A DNA stretch of 64,000 nt from NCBI RefSeq assembly GCF_000372725.1, contig NW_005202113.1, forward strand, positions 62,001-126,000. The letters run 5' to 3'. This document shows, one piece after another, positions 12,040 to 25,546 of the stretch; within the stretch, counting starts at the first letter, position 1; each line of letters opens with the position of its first letter. Origin of the DNA: Emiliania huxleyi CCMP1516. Taxonomy: Eukaryota. The notes beneath the pieces are model-generated. The model ran no database searches. It saw only the letters and a program-made list of their open reading frames with translations, and had not been told where the DNA came from. The position numbers were made by a program, and so were the translations under genes.

Positions 12040-12597
12040 ATCCGATCTCGATTCTGAGGCATCTGTTCCTCTCGTCATTTTCGCGTTTGTTTCGTCCTCG
12101 CGTCGGGTGTGAGTTTTTGATAATGTTGGGGCGTTTTGGTGTGCTGGGTCGCATGTACGTAGTTTAAGCGAGGGGTGTGTGACGCATTCAGTCGTCGTAT
12201 TGTTTTGCCGAACCCCGCCCACAACAGGAGTCGGAGCTCAATCGTCAATGAGGAGCGCTCGTCACACGAGAGGGGGGGCACGGGCACGGGGCCCACACGC
12301 GGCCACGGCCCACGCGCCACGGGGCCGGCGGCGCGCTCGCTTTGTGGTCGCTGGGGTGCGTGCGCGTTCTCGCGCGCCGGGGACCGTGTGCAGTTGACAG
12401 CGGCCGCACAACGCGCGCAACGGCACAGGGCACGCACACACACACTGCACACGGCACACGCGGGTCTTCTCTTCCTGCTCTGTTGGTGACGAATTGGTGC
12501 GGGGTGCGCTGGGAAACGAGCTCGCGTCGTCTCACCGCGTGTTCTCCGGCCGTCCTGTTCGCGCCAGTCTTCTGGCGGAGCGCGCGTCTCTCGCCTC

Positions 12598-15500
12598 TCA
12601 CTCCTCGTTGCGGCGAGACGCGAGCTGCCACAGGTCGTCGCTCACGTCGCGCGGCAGCTCGCTGCCCGTGAGCCGCCGGACGGCCGCGTTGAGCCAGAAG
12701 TGCCACGCGCGGAGTCGCCTCGCGGAGTAAAAGTCGAGGGGCCGCGCGAGCAGCGAGCGAACGGCCAGCCCCGGCCCGTCGTCGATCAGGACGGGGCCAT
12801 CGGCTGCAGCGGCGGCGTGCTGGGCCGTGCGGGCGCGGAGGCGAGCGTGAAGCCCTTCCTCGGCGGTGTCAGCGGCGACGAGGTGCCACACGTTCGTCTC
12901 CTTGGTCTGGCCGATGCGGTGCACCCGCCCGACAGCCTGGTAGGATGCATCGGACATGCTTAAGGGCGGTGGCGCTGCCGCTGGGACCCCAATGTCGCCC
13001 ACCAAGGGCCAATGTTGCCCACCAAGGGCGGGCCCTCACTACACCCCCGCCTGGCGCATCGTGCCGACATCCTCCACGGGGTCGAGGAAGACGACGTGCT
13101 GCGCCACGGTCAGCGTGAGCCCCGCCGCGTCCTGGCCCAAATGCAGGAGGCAGACCTGGATGGAGGGGTCGTTCATGAAGGCGGCGATCGACTTGGCCGC
13201 AGTCTTGCCCGTCTTGCTGACGCGGACGGCGCCGATCTCGACCCGCTTGAGCACCTTCTTGGCATGCTCGAGCCCCTCGTTGTACGAGGCAAAGATCACC
13301 GCCTTCTCGGGCCGCACCGAGGAGAGGAGCTGCACCAGGCGAGTGAGCTTGGTCGAGAGGTGGACGTCCTCACGCACCTCGACGCCCGCGAGTGACGACG
13401 CGAGCGGGTGCGGCGGCGAGCACATGACCAGCTGCCGCGGCCTCTCGGGCGACGGGAAGGGCGAGGGGCCGAAGAGGGTCGTGGCCGGCAAGCAGACCCG
13501 CAGCAGCGCGTCACGCCGCTTGCACATCGCCAGCCGGGCGGACCGCATGCGCGAGTGCTCGTCCGGGAGCATGCTGAAGATGAGCTCGTTGCCTCGCTTT
13601 CGCGGGTCCAGGCGCTCGAACTGCTCCGCCACGCTGATCCGGATCACGTGACTGCGGACTGGGGGCGGCTGCAGGTAAGACGGGGCGAGGAATTTGCCCT
13701 CGAAGGTGGTCTGGACCCCCGACGCCGAGAAAGCGTTCCGACCATAGACCGGCGCCGGGCGCTTCGTCGTCCAGATGCCCGACGCCTCGTCGAGGTAGAC
13801 CACACCGTGGTAGTTGTGTCCGATCTGAGTCGTGTGCGGCCCCCAGACGCCCCACTGCAAGAGCTGGTAGCACGTGCGCTTCGTCGTGGTCGGGCTCTCC
13901 TCCGGGGAAAGCTCCGAGACGATGGCGGCGAGGCGGGATGGGTGCGCGGGTCGGAGGTAGGAGGGCAGCTGCGATCGCTTCGTGGGCCAGTTCAAGACCT
14001 TGCACTCGGCTGGGGAAGGCAGCCACTCGCGAGCCTTGTACTCGGCTGCACGGAAGACGAAGGCCACGCCGCAGGCGGCCTGGGCCACCTCGGTCGGTGC
14101 CCCGCGCGCGACGTAAGAGAGTCCGGCGAGCTCGAAGAGCACGCCTATACGGGAGGTGCTGTGGGACGCGTCATGGACACGTCCTGGTCAGCCCGGTGCG
14201 CACATGAGACGTGTACGGAAGTCGCAATCGTGCATCGTCCGGCACGAGCCGAAAACGCGATGCCGCTCGACGCTGTCCACGTTGGACAGGAGCCGCTGCG
14301 CCTCGTACCGCATGCAGGTGAGGAGAGGCGCGTCGCCATCCTCATCGAGCTCCTCAATGCGGTAGCTGTTCCAGCTGTAGCGCACCGCGTGGCGCATGAC
14401 GGGATCCCCGCACGTGGGCGGGGCGAGGCAAGCGTACTTCAGCTGTGGCATCACCGTGCTGATGGCGTGCGTGTCTGCCCGGCTCTTCGCGGCAGGCAGC
14501 ACCAAATTCTCATAATACCACCGCTCGACCGGCGAGAGCTCGAGGGTCAGCGTGTGCACGCGCTGCGGCGGCAGCGACACCTCGCCGAGCACGCGCGCCT
14601 TTGTCTGCCGCCACAGTTTGCCGCGCAAGAAGTGGTGCATCGCCGCCGCCGCCCCCCGCCTCTTGCTCTGGAACGCAATGACGAGTGAGCGCCATCCCGC
14701 CTCGGCGAGACCGCCCGCGCCGAGCACGAACTCGACCAGCGGCTCGAGGTCAGAGACGCCGCTGCTGACGGGGGTTCCGGTGACCGCCCACCGATTGACG
14801 GCCGCGATCGCGCGCGCTGTCTTGCTGCACTGCCGAGTGCCCGAGCCGCCAATCATCTGGACCTCATCGAGAACGACGCGCCAGAAGAGGAGCTTCGTGA
14901 GCGGCGACTGCTCCACCTACGGTCGGTCGTTTGCCGCCGTGAGCTCCCCGGCGTTGTGGTGTCCTGTCCTCGATGTTTATTTCCACCTTGAACCGCTTCA
15001 CGTGCCGCAGGCTCGTGGTGGTGCCGTTTGTATCCTCCAAATAGTGAACCTCGCGCCCGAGCACATCGTACCTGGAGCGCGAGAGTACCGGCTCAGAAAG
15101 GCGTGAAACCAGAAAAGAGCGACGTGGACTGGGCGCGCACGTGCAGAGGACGACGTCGGCATCGAGGAACGCGTCGACGCCCATCGGATTCTGACGGTCC
15201 ATGCCCGTGTATCGCATCCAGCGCAGCCCGGCGGCGTGCTTTGCCAGCTCGCTCTCCCACTGAGAAGCGATCGCCGCCGGTGTCACGATGAGGGTAGCTC
15301 CGCAGGACTTCGGATTGGCGGTTGACTCTGGTGAGGGAGCGACAGCCAGTCTCTTGGCTGGTGCGGAAGCCGCCGCTCTGGCCACCCTCTTGGGAGCCGA
15401 TCTGGGAGCTGACTTCGAGGCAGCAACAAGGCGGTGATCATACACGAGGGCAATGACCTCCAGCGTCTTGCCGAGACCCATCTCGTCGCAGAGGAGACCG

Positions 15501-15787
15501 CCGCCGGTGCCGGCCTCGCAAAGGAGCTGGTCGTTGGCGGCGATCTCTCGCGACTTCAGCCAATGCAGCGCTTGTCGCTGGTACTCGTGCAGCTTTGTCG
15601 TCAGGCCAGCGGGCTGCTCAGCGAGCGGAGCCGCGTCGTCGGCTTCAGTGCAGGGCCGAAGCGCCTCAAGAAGTGCGTCGGCCGAGAAGCCGCCAGCGGA
15701 GGCGTCGTCGGAGCACGCCGGGAAGAGCGCGTCGTGCGTGGCTTGGGAGAGCGGAGCGACGGAAGAGGAGGGCGAGGAGTACGACAT
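12598..15787 (-). CDS. SNF2-family helicase/ATPase, Rad5/SHPRH-like
   Basis: GGLLCDEMGLGKTLEVIAL, ATLIVTP...QWESEL, FWRVVLDEVQMI, NRWAVTGTPV, GLTLTVAQHVVFLDP, QAVGRVHRIGQTKET across several exons. Confidence 0.88.
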
Positions 15788-16073
15788 CGAGCTGTCCTGC
15801 CGCCCGCACGCTTTTCACGAAGTCGGGTCCGGGGAGATCCCTGTGTCCGTCAGTCAGGGGGCGCGTCGTGAAGCGCCGTGAGAGAATCCGATTTCTTTCT
15901 GAGTGCCGCCCGTTGTCAGTGTAGTGGGGAGATGGAAAACAATGGAGCTGCTGCAAAATCGTCTTTAGAAAAAAAATCTCCCTGCCCCACAGCAGCGCGA
16001 GGGCGCGATTGGAGCCTCTGCACGGGCTGGAGCAGCCCGTGTGAGCAACCCGTGTGAGCAACCCGACGTGCCC

Positions 16074-19000
16074 ATGCCCTGCGCGCCTTGGCGGCCTCGC
16101 GCCAGCGGGGATGATATGGACGTTGACGAGGCTGCCGTCGTCGACGGCACGCTGGCGAGTGGGCGGTCTGCAGAGGAGGACGGGCTGCTTGACTGCTATC
16201 CGTACACCTTCTCACCACTGCTGCTCTTCGCCGAGGCCTCCTACTTTGACAAGGGCTACTCCAACTACAACTCCGTCGCCGCCTTCTTCGCCGGCGTGCT
16301 CGAGGTCAACATGCTCGAGAATGTGCTGTACGAGCGCAAAAACATGCTGTACGAGGACCTGCTGCACCACGTGGCGTCGCAGCGGATGTTCGTCTCGTGC
16401 TGCATCGACGCGCACTTCACCGCCTTCCAGGTGCTGGACGAGCGCAACCTCCTCTACTACGACCCGCTCTCCGCGGGCCTCTCCCTCGTGAGCGGGGAGT
16501 CCTTCAACAAGCTGGCGCGAGCCCGGACACCTCCGCTCCCTCCTCCTCCGCCGCCGCCGCCAGAGGGGCGAGGACCCTGCCGCTCGTAGGCGGGCTTCCT
16601 GCTGCTCAAGTGCTGCTACGGCGACTCGCAGCACATGCAGGTGCGGAACCGCGCCGCCCTGTGGCAGCAGCAGCAGCAGCGGCGGCGGCGGCAGCAGCAG
16701 CAGCAGCAGCAGTTTGGCGCTGGCCGTGCCGGCCCGTACCCAGCCGCCCTCGCCGCGCCTCCTCGCCGCAGGAGAACAAGGCGCACTACATGGGCCCGGA
16801 CGCCAACCCGACGCGGCGGATGCTCTACAACCTCTGGCGCCAGATCAACAACCTCGAGGAGCTGCTCCGCTGCGTGCAGGGCTTCAAGAGGCGTTCCTGT
16901 CAGCCTTCTCGGAGCAAGTAGGTTGGCTCGCTGCACAACGTGCGCTTCACGCCCGCGCCGCTCGACCTGGAGCGGTACCTCCTCGTCAACGGCGCCAGCC
17001 CCGCCTCTCGCTTCGCCTGTCGCCAGCGGGACGCGCGGCGCCAGCGGCGTCCTCCCAACCGTAGGCCGCCGCAGCCCTCGCTCGATGTCGACGCAGCTGA
17101 CGGGCAACACGTGCTACTTCCAGACCTACCTCTACGCCCTCCTGTGCAAGGTGCGACCCGCCCGCCCCCCTCGCCGACCCCCTTCCCTTGCCCTCGAGCC
17201 GCTCACCCGCCGTGCCGCCGCCCCCCCGCCGCCGCAAGGTCGGCCAGCCTGCACTCAACCGTGAGGGCGCCATCAGCCTGCGGGCGGAGCCGCAGCTCGC
17301 CGCCGCCACCGTCTCGGTGAGCCGCTTCCTGCTTGAGTTCTTCCTCGACGGCTCCGGCGTGCGGCGGCCGCTCACAAACAGCATCTTTGCTGCTCGACCC
17401 GCTCCGGACATGTCCACGGCACGGCCACGACTCGTCCCCGACGTGTCCATAGGCAACCTGCTGCTCGACTTTTACCGGCACCGCAGCTCGCCGTACTTTG
17501 GCCTCTTCACGGACTACCTGCGACAGCGCGGCGTCCCGGCGCCCGACTACGAGCTGCAGTACTCGGAGACGCTTCGCTACTACGAGGAGCAAAAGACGCT
17601 CCACGGATACGCCCGCTTCACCCTCTCGGGGTCGATGCCATCGACGGTCAACACAAAGACGCTGCAGCCGGTGACGGGGACGGAGGGCGCGGTGGTCAAG
17701 CTGGCGCGCTCGAGCTACTACAAGTACCGCGCGATCAACTTCATGTTTGGCTTCAACGCTGGCATCCTGCACGGCCCTCGCCCGCTGCGTCGAGGGCTCG
17801 AGCCGGCGCAGAGCCTTCCGCGAACCCTTCCCGGAAGCGTCGCGTAGGCCTCGCCTCCTTTTGCGAGTTCAACTCGCTGCGCAAGAACCAGCTGCTCGCC
17901 TTCTACGAGGCGCGATCGCACCTCGGCCCCATCTCGGCCCCGTCTGAGCCGCGCCTCACCGCGGCTCCACACCTCCCGAGGCGCTGCGCCCCGTGCTCGG
18001 CGGATGCCGCGGCGGGGCGGTTGCGACGAGCAAGTACCGCGACTACTACTTCCTGCCGCAGTACGAGGTGCGGCGCTCGCCTCCTCGTCGCGACCCCGCC
18101 GGCTCCCCCTCGCGCCCCGCCGCCCGCCGCCCCCTGCCCGCCGCGTGGCGCGAGGCCGAGGCGGCGAGGCGCGCCTGCCTTGCCCGCTGCGCAGGTCGGG
18201 CAGGAGGAGCTGGTCGACCTGCACCACTACACGTACCTCATCGACCTGTGCGCCATGGTGGGCAACGCCAACTCCGCGGCGCTGGTGGGTCCCGACGGGC
18301 TGGCGATGGTGGAGCGCGTCAACCGCCTCCTCGTCGAGCACATCCACTTCTCGACGCAAAAGAAGACTAACTACGAGCAGTTCCTCAGCCTCGCAGAGCT
18401 GCAGAGCAGCAAGCGCTTCTACGCGCCCATCCTCAAGACCTTCCTGAGCGCGCAGTACCTCAGCGACTTCGTAGGCCCCCCGCGGCCGCATGCGAGGCCC
18501 GCCCGACGGCGGGAGAGGCGAGCGCTCACCTCCGGGAGCCCGCCCCTGCGGCGTAGGCCTCGGCTTTGCGGAAGTCAACCCGAAGGAGAAGGACGTCAAC
18601 TCGCTCACGCAGACCGCATTCTACCTGAGCGAGATGATGGGGTGCGGCCGGCCCGCCGGGAGGACGCGGCGTGGCACGGGGCACCTCCCTCCCCCACACT
18701 CCCGCGCGCCCACCCGCGCAGGCAGCAGATGTACCGGATGGAGCACGAGTTTGAGAAGGAGTGCATCAACCAGATGGCGCGCTCGGCGCTGCGAAAGTAC
18801 TCGCAAAAGTTCCAGGGCGGGCAGAACCTGCATCAAAAGTACCGCGTCTCGATTCGGATCGGCCACGGCTTCACCTACTCCAAGTACAACACGCTGATGC
18901 ACTTTCTCAATGCGGCGGAGGCGTACTGGCACAACCCGGACCTGAACAACATCCAGGTCTTCGGCAAGGATATCCGCGCGCTGCTCGCCGTCTCGTGCCA

Positions 19001-22000
19001 GAAGATCTTCTTCGAGGAGGGCCACCGCTTCTACCACTACGGGCCCATCGAGGTGCCTACCCCCACCCCCGTGCTGCCCCCCTTCCCTCCCCGTCTCCGT
19101 GCAGCCGCGGTGTGCGACGCATCGCCGCACGCGCCGCCCGCTCGCCGCACCGTAGTCGGCCTCCTTCCGCGGCGAGATGGACCTCGCCCTCGCCACGACG
19201 GTCGGCCACGTGGTCCCCGTCGTGAGCCGCGAGAAGCCGCGCGATCGGAACCAGCTCGTGCTGACGGACCGCGTGTACGAGCACGGCCACCTGCGCGCGC
19301 TCCTCGGCTCCGTGTTTGCGGCCGCGAATGGCGTGCGCTTCAAGTCGGACAACGCCGTGCTCAACTTGTGCCTCCTCTCCCTCATGCTCGACTTTGGGCT
19401 CTACGACGAGCACGCGGGGCTCCTCAACCTCCCCTGGCTGCAGCAGCTGCAGCGCGGTGACAAGCGGCAGCTGCAGGCCGGCTTCTCGCAGCCCAGATCA
19501 GCCGCCCCGCCTCCCTCTGGCGCGCGTGCGTCTGACGCCGCCCTCCGCTCCCGCCAGGTCGCGGTGGCCAACATGATCCTGGAGTTCGACAAGAAGAACA
19601 CCGCCGACGCGGTCACGCGCACCAAGCTCGAGCAGCTGATCTGGGAGGCCTCGCACAAGTTTCTCGTCAACAAGGGCTTCCCCACGCACTCGAGGCAGAA
19701 CGAGCTGCTCGGGCAGCTCAACTGCGACCCGGCCTACGCGCAGCACTTGCTGCTGTGCAAGGTCAACATGTCGCTCTGCCAGATCAACAAGTCGGTCGAG
19801 GTGGACTACTACAAGGTGCGCTGCAACGGCGAGTTCCGCACCGTGATCCCGCGCTCCTTCAGCCACACCACCGGCGAGTACCTCGAGGAGATCACGCGGA
19901 GGTACGCCTTCTCCGAGCAGGAGGGTGTCATCACGTACGGCGCGCGCGTCCCGCCGCCTCGGCCCGCGCGCGCTGCCGCGGGACGGCGCGCCCTGAGCAC
20001 GAAGCCCCCACTCGCCACCAGGCGCGCTCCGCCTCTTCGACCTGCGGCCGATGCAGCCCGAGATCGACCTGTACCGCGTGCGCCTCGACTCGGCGACGGC
20101 GGTCCAGTCGATGGTCAAGTGCATCGAGATCAAGAATGCGTTGCGGGCGGTCGACTCGGAGCGGCAGTACCTGGTCTTCATCGCCGACAATGCGCTGCTC
20201 ATCGACGTGGCCGACGGCGGCGGCGTGTCGATCCGGATCAACGAGATTGCCGTCGAGGCCCGCCGCCACCGTTCCCGCCTCCCCCGTCGCCCCCGCCTCC
20301 CTCTCCACCCTGTCCTTCTCCCCCAGATGTCGACCACTTTCTTCAACCGGGCCGTGTCGTTTGTGCCATGCTTCAAGTGCGCGCAAACCCGTCGCCGGCC
20401 CTCCGCACACGCTCCTCCTCTCCCCTCCCCTCCCTCCTCGGCTCGCCGGACCCGCTCCCCCTCCGCTCCGGCCGCAGGTACAGCGACAGCGAGGACGTCA
20501 TCCTCTTCGCCTCGCGCAACATCCACTACCTCGTCGACTCTGGCGGCCAGTTCGCCACCGACTACTACGGCATGAAGCACGAGCTCATCGAGTGCATCAA
20601 GTCGGAGGAGGTCTTCATCGACCTCAACGACGAGCACGTCTTCAAGTCGCTGAAGCTCTCGGAGTTGCTCACCGAGTCGAAGACGGTGCTCTACTTCCCA
20701 GACTACCTGCTGCAGGTGCCGAGCCGGCAGGAGCTCGTCAACCTGCTCGACCTGGCCATCCACGTGCGCAACCTCTCGCTCTTCATCCTCGTCTTCCTCT
20801 ACCTGCGCCGCTGCTCGGTCCAGCTCGACTTCATCGCCAAGGAGAACGACGTGGTCAAGATCGCCGGCCCGTGGAAGGAGGCTATCCTGTACACACTCAA
20901 CAAGGCGGCCAACGAGCACTACGACTCGCTCTTCCAGCCAAACTTCTTCGACCTGAACCGGCACGAGCGGCTGCCGCTCCGCGACTTCATCGAGGTGCTC
21001 TGCCAAAACTTCTGCCGCTACCAGCGGCAGACGGACGACGGCCAGTACCAGATCGTGCCGACGGAGAAGCAAAAGGCGTTCCTCGCACGGATCCTCTGCG
21101 CGGAGGAGTGCTTTCACTTCTCGGAGGTCGGGTCGGGCAAGACCAAGGTGATCCTGCCGCTGCTCTGCCAGGCCTTCCTCTCCAGTAACGAGGCCGTGCA
21201 CGAGCAGCTCGCGCGTGGCGGCCAGTGCAAGCACGTGCTGGTGGTGCTCGTGCCGGAGCACCTGCTGCACGACGCGCGCTCGCAGGTCTTCCGGTACTGC
21301 CTCAACCTGAACTTCCGCGACGAGTACCGCGTGTACGACGACATCTTCGCGCTCCTGCACCAGGACGTTCAGCTCGGCGGGCAGCCCGCCGGCAGCAAGT
21401 TCTCGCTCGGCGGCGGCGGCAAGTTCCCTCGCGGCCCCCGCATGAAGCAGATCTTTGTCACCTCCTTCAACCAGTTCAAGAAGGCGCTGACGAACGACGC
21501 GATCTGCGCCAAGGTGTGGCCGCACCGCGAGCACATCCTCGTCGTCGCCGACGAGGCGGCCTCCTCCGCCGCCTGTCCGCCACCGGTGGGGCGCGTCTCG
21601 TCACCGCCCTCGCCGTGAACAGGTCGACGACTTTCTCGACCGCGACAAGCTCGTCTTCAACATCTGCTCCAACAAGCCGAACGCGTTCGACAAGTCGACG
21701 CTCGCGCTCTACTACGAGGTCAGCCGCGCGGCGTACGGCGCCGAGGCGGCGCCGCCCCGCGTCGGCGCCTCGCCGAACCCGCAGTACTGGAGGCAGCTGC
21801 ACGACAAGCTTGGCGCGCTCCACGCCGAGATCCAGGACGCGAGCCGCTCGATCAACAAGAGCTTCGGCATCTTCAACGAGACGACGCTCCGGCACTGCTC
21901 CACCAACATTGCGCACGACATCGAGGGCTACAAGTCGCTCATCGCGCGGCCGTACGAGTCGGTCAACCGCGCGATGCCGGGCTCTTCACACCTCTCCGTG

Positions 22001-24949
22001 TTCTTTACTCACACCTTTCGCCGTTAGGTCAACCGCGCGATGCCGGGCTCGTACTACAGCGACGTCGAGCGCACCATCTACCTCACGTACGTGATCCTGG
22101 TGGAGGACATCGCAAAGTACGACGAGCTCTTTCAGCAGGAGCGCAAGTTCCTCAGCTTTGAGTACTGGAGCGCGCACGTCAGCCAGATCGACTACGACGA
22201 CCTGGTCTACGGGCTGGACCGCCTGTCCGAGATCGTGTCCAAGCAGCCCGACGCCAAGGACGGGCTGGTCCGGTTCCTGTACGAGATCATCCTTCGCCGC
22301 ATGGAGGTGCGCGACCGGTCTCGCTCGGTCAACTCGATCGACGTCATCTTCAACTTCGACTGCATCGGCTTCACCGGGACGCCCTTCATCGACAACTACC
22401 CCACCTTTGTGAGCGGCCCCCGCCTGCGCCTGGCGGCTGGCGCGATGGGGCCCTCTCCAACAGGCCCCTCTCGAATAGGCGTACCTGCGCTGCCAGCGCG
22501 AGGACGAGATCCCCGACATGATCGACCGCAGCTTCTACGCCTACTCGAGCGAGGCGCTCGGCGCGGACCTGTTCGAGGAGCGCTTTGCGCGCTTTCAGGG
22601 CCAAAACAGCCACGTGCTCGTCGAGTACGTGCCCTCCGACTTTGTCGCCGCCGCCGACGACGCGCGCGCCCCTCGCCGTCGGACGCCGCGCGCCGCCGCC
22701 TGCCCTCCTCACCCCCCCCCCCCCCCGGCCCTGGACCACGGCAGGAGCTCGCCGTGCTGGAGCACATCTTTGCGCGCGAGGAGCGCGTGCGCCTGCAGCG
22801 GGCCGAGCAGTCGGCCGAGGCGGGCTGCTCCAACGTGCTGGTCGACCTGTGCGGCATCTTCAAGCGCTCGTCCATCCACGACGTGCGCGACCTCGTGCTC
22901 CGCCAGTTTGGGCCCGACCGCTTCCACTACGTCTACCACATCGACCAGGTGCGCGGCGGGACACGGCCGGTGGCACGCGCGCACGACGCGCCCACGACGC
23001 GCGCACGACGCGCCCACGACGCGCCCACGACCCTCGCTGCGCAGGTGGACGGCAGCGACCGCGTGCTGTGCGTCAACTCGAACTCGGACGTGCAGTTCGA
23101 CGAGGAGTTTTACAAGTTCCTCTGCAAGACGTACGGCGAGGCGCTGCGCGAGCGGATCTTCTTCTTCGTCGACAACCGCAACGTCATCGGCAAGGACGTG
23201 CCCTTCCAGCTCGTCTACCAGCGGCGGTTCGGCCAGCCGCTCTTCATGCAGAGCGTCGTGCTCGCGCACGACGTGGACGACTTCAGCAAGATCTGGCAGG
23301 CGATGGGCCGCTCGCGGACGATGAACGAGACGCGCTTCTCCATCTACAAGAGCGGCGTGCCCGAGGACGCCGTCGCCGGCGAGGGCGCGGGCGTGCGTGA
23401 CATCAAGGCGCAGCGGTTCACGCAGCGGCTCTACGAGCGCAACTGCGACTGCAAGATGGCGGGCAACCTCTCGTCCATCTACCAGACCCTCGTCTCGCTC
23501 TTCAACCTCTCGCAGGGCCGCTTCTACTTTTGCGACGAGATTGTCAACACCTTTCTCGAAAAGATGGACGGCGCGCCTGGCGGCGAGCTCGGCGGCGTGC
23601 CGAGACGAGGCGTCGGCTCTCACCTCGCGCTGCTCGTGACTAGGCACCATCGGCGGCAAGCTGGCTCGCCACGAGGAGCAGCTCGTGCAGAAGGTGCTCG
23701 GCGTGCAGGTGCCCGCGCGGGTGCTGGCGCACATCCTCGCCAGCAAGTTTCGGAGGAGCCCCGTCCTCGCCGTCGCCGAGGAGCCGCTCACGCCCGCCGT
23801 GCTCGAGGCGCTGCTGCGGCATGTGGTGCAGGTGTGTGCGCCGCCGAGACGCGCCGCCGAGACGCGCTCTCCCAACCTCCACCCCCCGCTCGACCCCCGC
23901 AGCAAAAGTTTGAGCAGCGCCTGCCGTCGGGCGACATCTTCGACGAGTTCCTGCTCCTGCTCTCGGGTGAGCAGCGGAGCCTGATGGAGATCAGCTACAC
24001 CAAGCAGCAGCAGAAGCAGAAGCAGAAGCAGCGCAACAAGAGCCAGGACAGCGACACGATGGACGTGTTTGACAAGCGGCACCAGCTCGAGCTCTGCGTT
24101 GAGGTTGACAACTACTTTGCGTACGCCCTCGAGGCGCGGACCGACCTGCCGCGGCGCTGGCTCAACCTGCCGCTGCCCGTGCCCATCCTCTCGCTCACCT
24201 GCGCGCTCGGCGGCGAGCGGCGCGAGATCCACGTCTACCCGACGCTGCAGTTTGTCTACTCGCACCACATCCAGGCGAGCTACATCACCCAGGAGGTCAA
24301 GGACGCGCTCGGCAGCCACCCCGACCCCGACGGCGTGTGCGCGCGCTTCCTCGCCGCGAGCAGCGCGCGGCGGGCCGGCGAGGCGCCGCCCGGCCCGGAG
24401 CTGGCCCACGCGCAGGCGGGCGCGAGCGTCGACCCCGCGCCGCGCAGCCCGCGGCGCAGCAACAACAGCGACGCGGCGCAGCAGCTCGAGATCAAGGTGC
24501 GCGTCAACCACGTGCGGCAGAGCCCGCAGTTTACGCTCGCGGCGATCAGCGAGGGCGTGTACCTCTTGGGGATGAAGGATCAGTTCAACGCGTACGACTT
24601 GCCGGCGCACCCGCTGGCCGACCGCATCCAGTACGTCATCGATGAGGTTGGGCTGGTGCTCTTTGACCGCGGCGCCGGCGGCGCGAGCAGAGCGCTCGAC
24701 AGCCTCGGCCCGTACTTTATTGAGAACTACATCCTGCTCGAGGTGCTGTCCAAGCAGGAGGTGGCGCAGAACGTGCTCGAGTACTATGTGTACCACAAGG
24801 AGAAGCTGCAGCGCAGCCTGGAGAGCTACAGCGAGGCGCAGGGCAAGGGCTTCATCTGCTGGCGCTTCTTGATGAACGAGGCGGTCAAGCAGGCGCGGGC
24901 CGACGCCGCGAGCGCGAGGGCGTCGCCGGTGCCGGCGGAGGGCGGCTGA
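16074..24949 (+). CDS. Giant multi-exon protein: N-terminal Ulp1/CE-clan-like cysteine protease plus C-terminal DUF3638-like P-loop (SF2-type) NTPase
   Basis: Strong coding-type codon bias over about 9 kb, broken by many short introns. Motifs: DAHFTAF, LLYYDPL, TQLTGNTCY; SEVGSGKTKVILPLL, spliced ADE|VDD, GFTGT, IWQAMGRSR, KQQQKQKQKQ. Confidence 0.75.
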
Positions 24950-25546
24950 GCGCCCAGCCGTCGCTCTGTGCGGAGAAGAGAGAGAGAGAGGGTGTCAGAG
25001 AGCGCACTCGCGCCTTGTGCTCTCGTAACAGACAGGAACGTTCACCATCGGCCTGGTCTCAATCCGTCCACAGCTGTGTGACGCGTACCAAGTACCATCT
25101 CGCCCGCGCCGCCGCCAGCGCATGCTCCAGTCGGCATATCGGCGCCCCCCCAGGGGCAGCGGCGCGCCCCGCCGACTCGCGCTGTGAGCTGGGACCCGGC
25201 AACGCGGGGGCGGCAGCCGTCACGGTGGCGGCGTTTGGCGCGGCCACAGTGCACAGAGCGCTCGGTCACGTAAAGCGTTGCGTACGCTGTCCTCTCGTTT
25301 TCACACATCACAGAGAACAAAAAGATCTTGAGATAAGAAATGGCTCGCGCATATTCATGAGTTATGACGGAAACACATATGTTTATGTGGGGGACGTACC
25401 CATACTGTGTTCGCGCCTAGATGTGCGCACGGATCTCGGATGTACGTTTAATATTTTGGACTCAGAAACCCGTCGCGTGTACAACTCAATAAAACATAGC
25501 CACGACCCACCTGGTCCGTGCGCCGCGCAATGGCGCGATTCTAGCT

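Noticed and set aside
19498..24796. Long minus-strand ORFs (678 aa, 695 aa) opposite the giant gene, and similar antisense ORFs throughout the window
   Set aside because: Shadow ORFs caused by extreme GC3 bias; no motifs, and the opposite strand carries the recognisable proteins.
25015..25546. 184-aa plus-strand ORF between convergent genes
   Set aside because: Non-ATG start, no motifs and no codon bias; more likely overlapping 3' UTRs.
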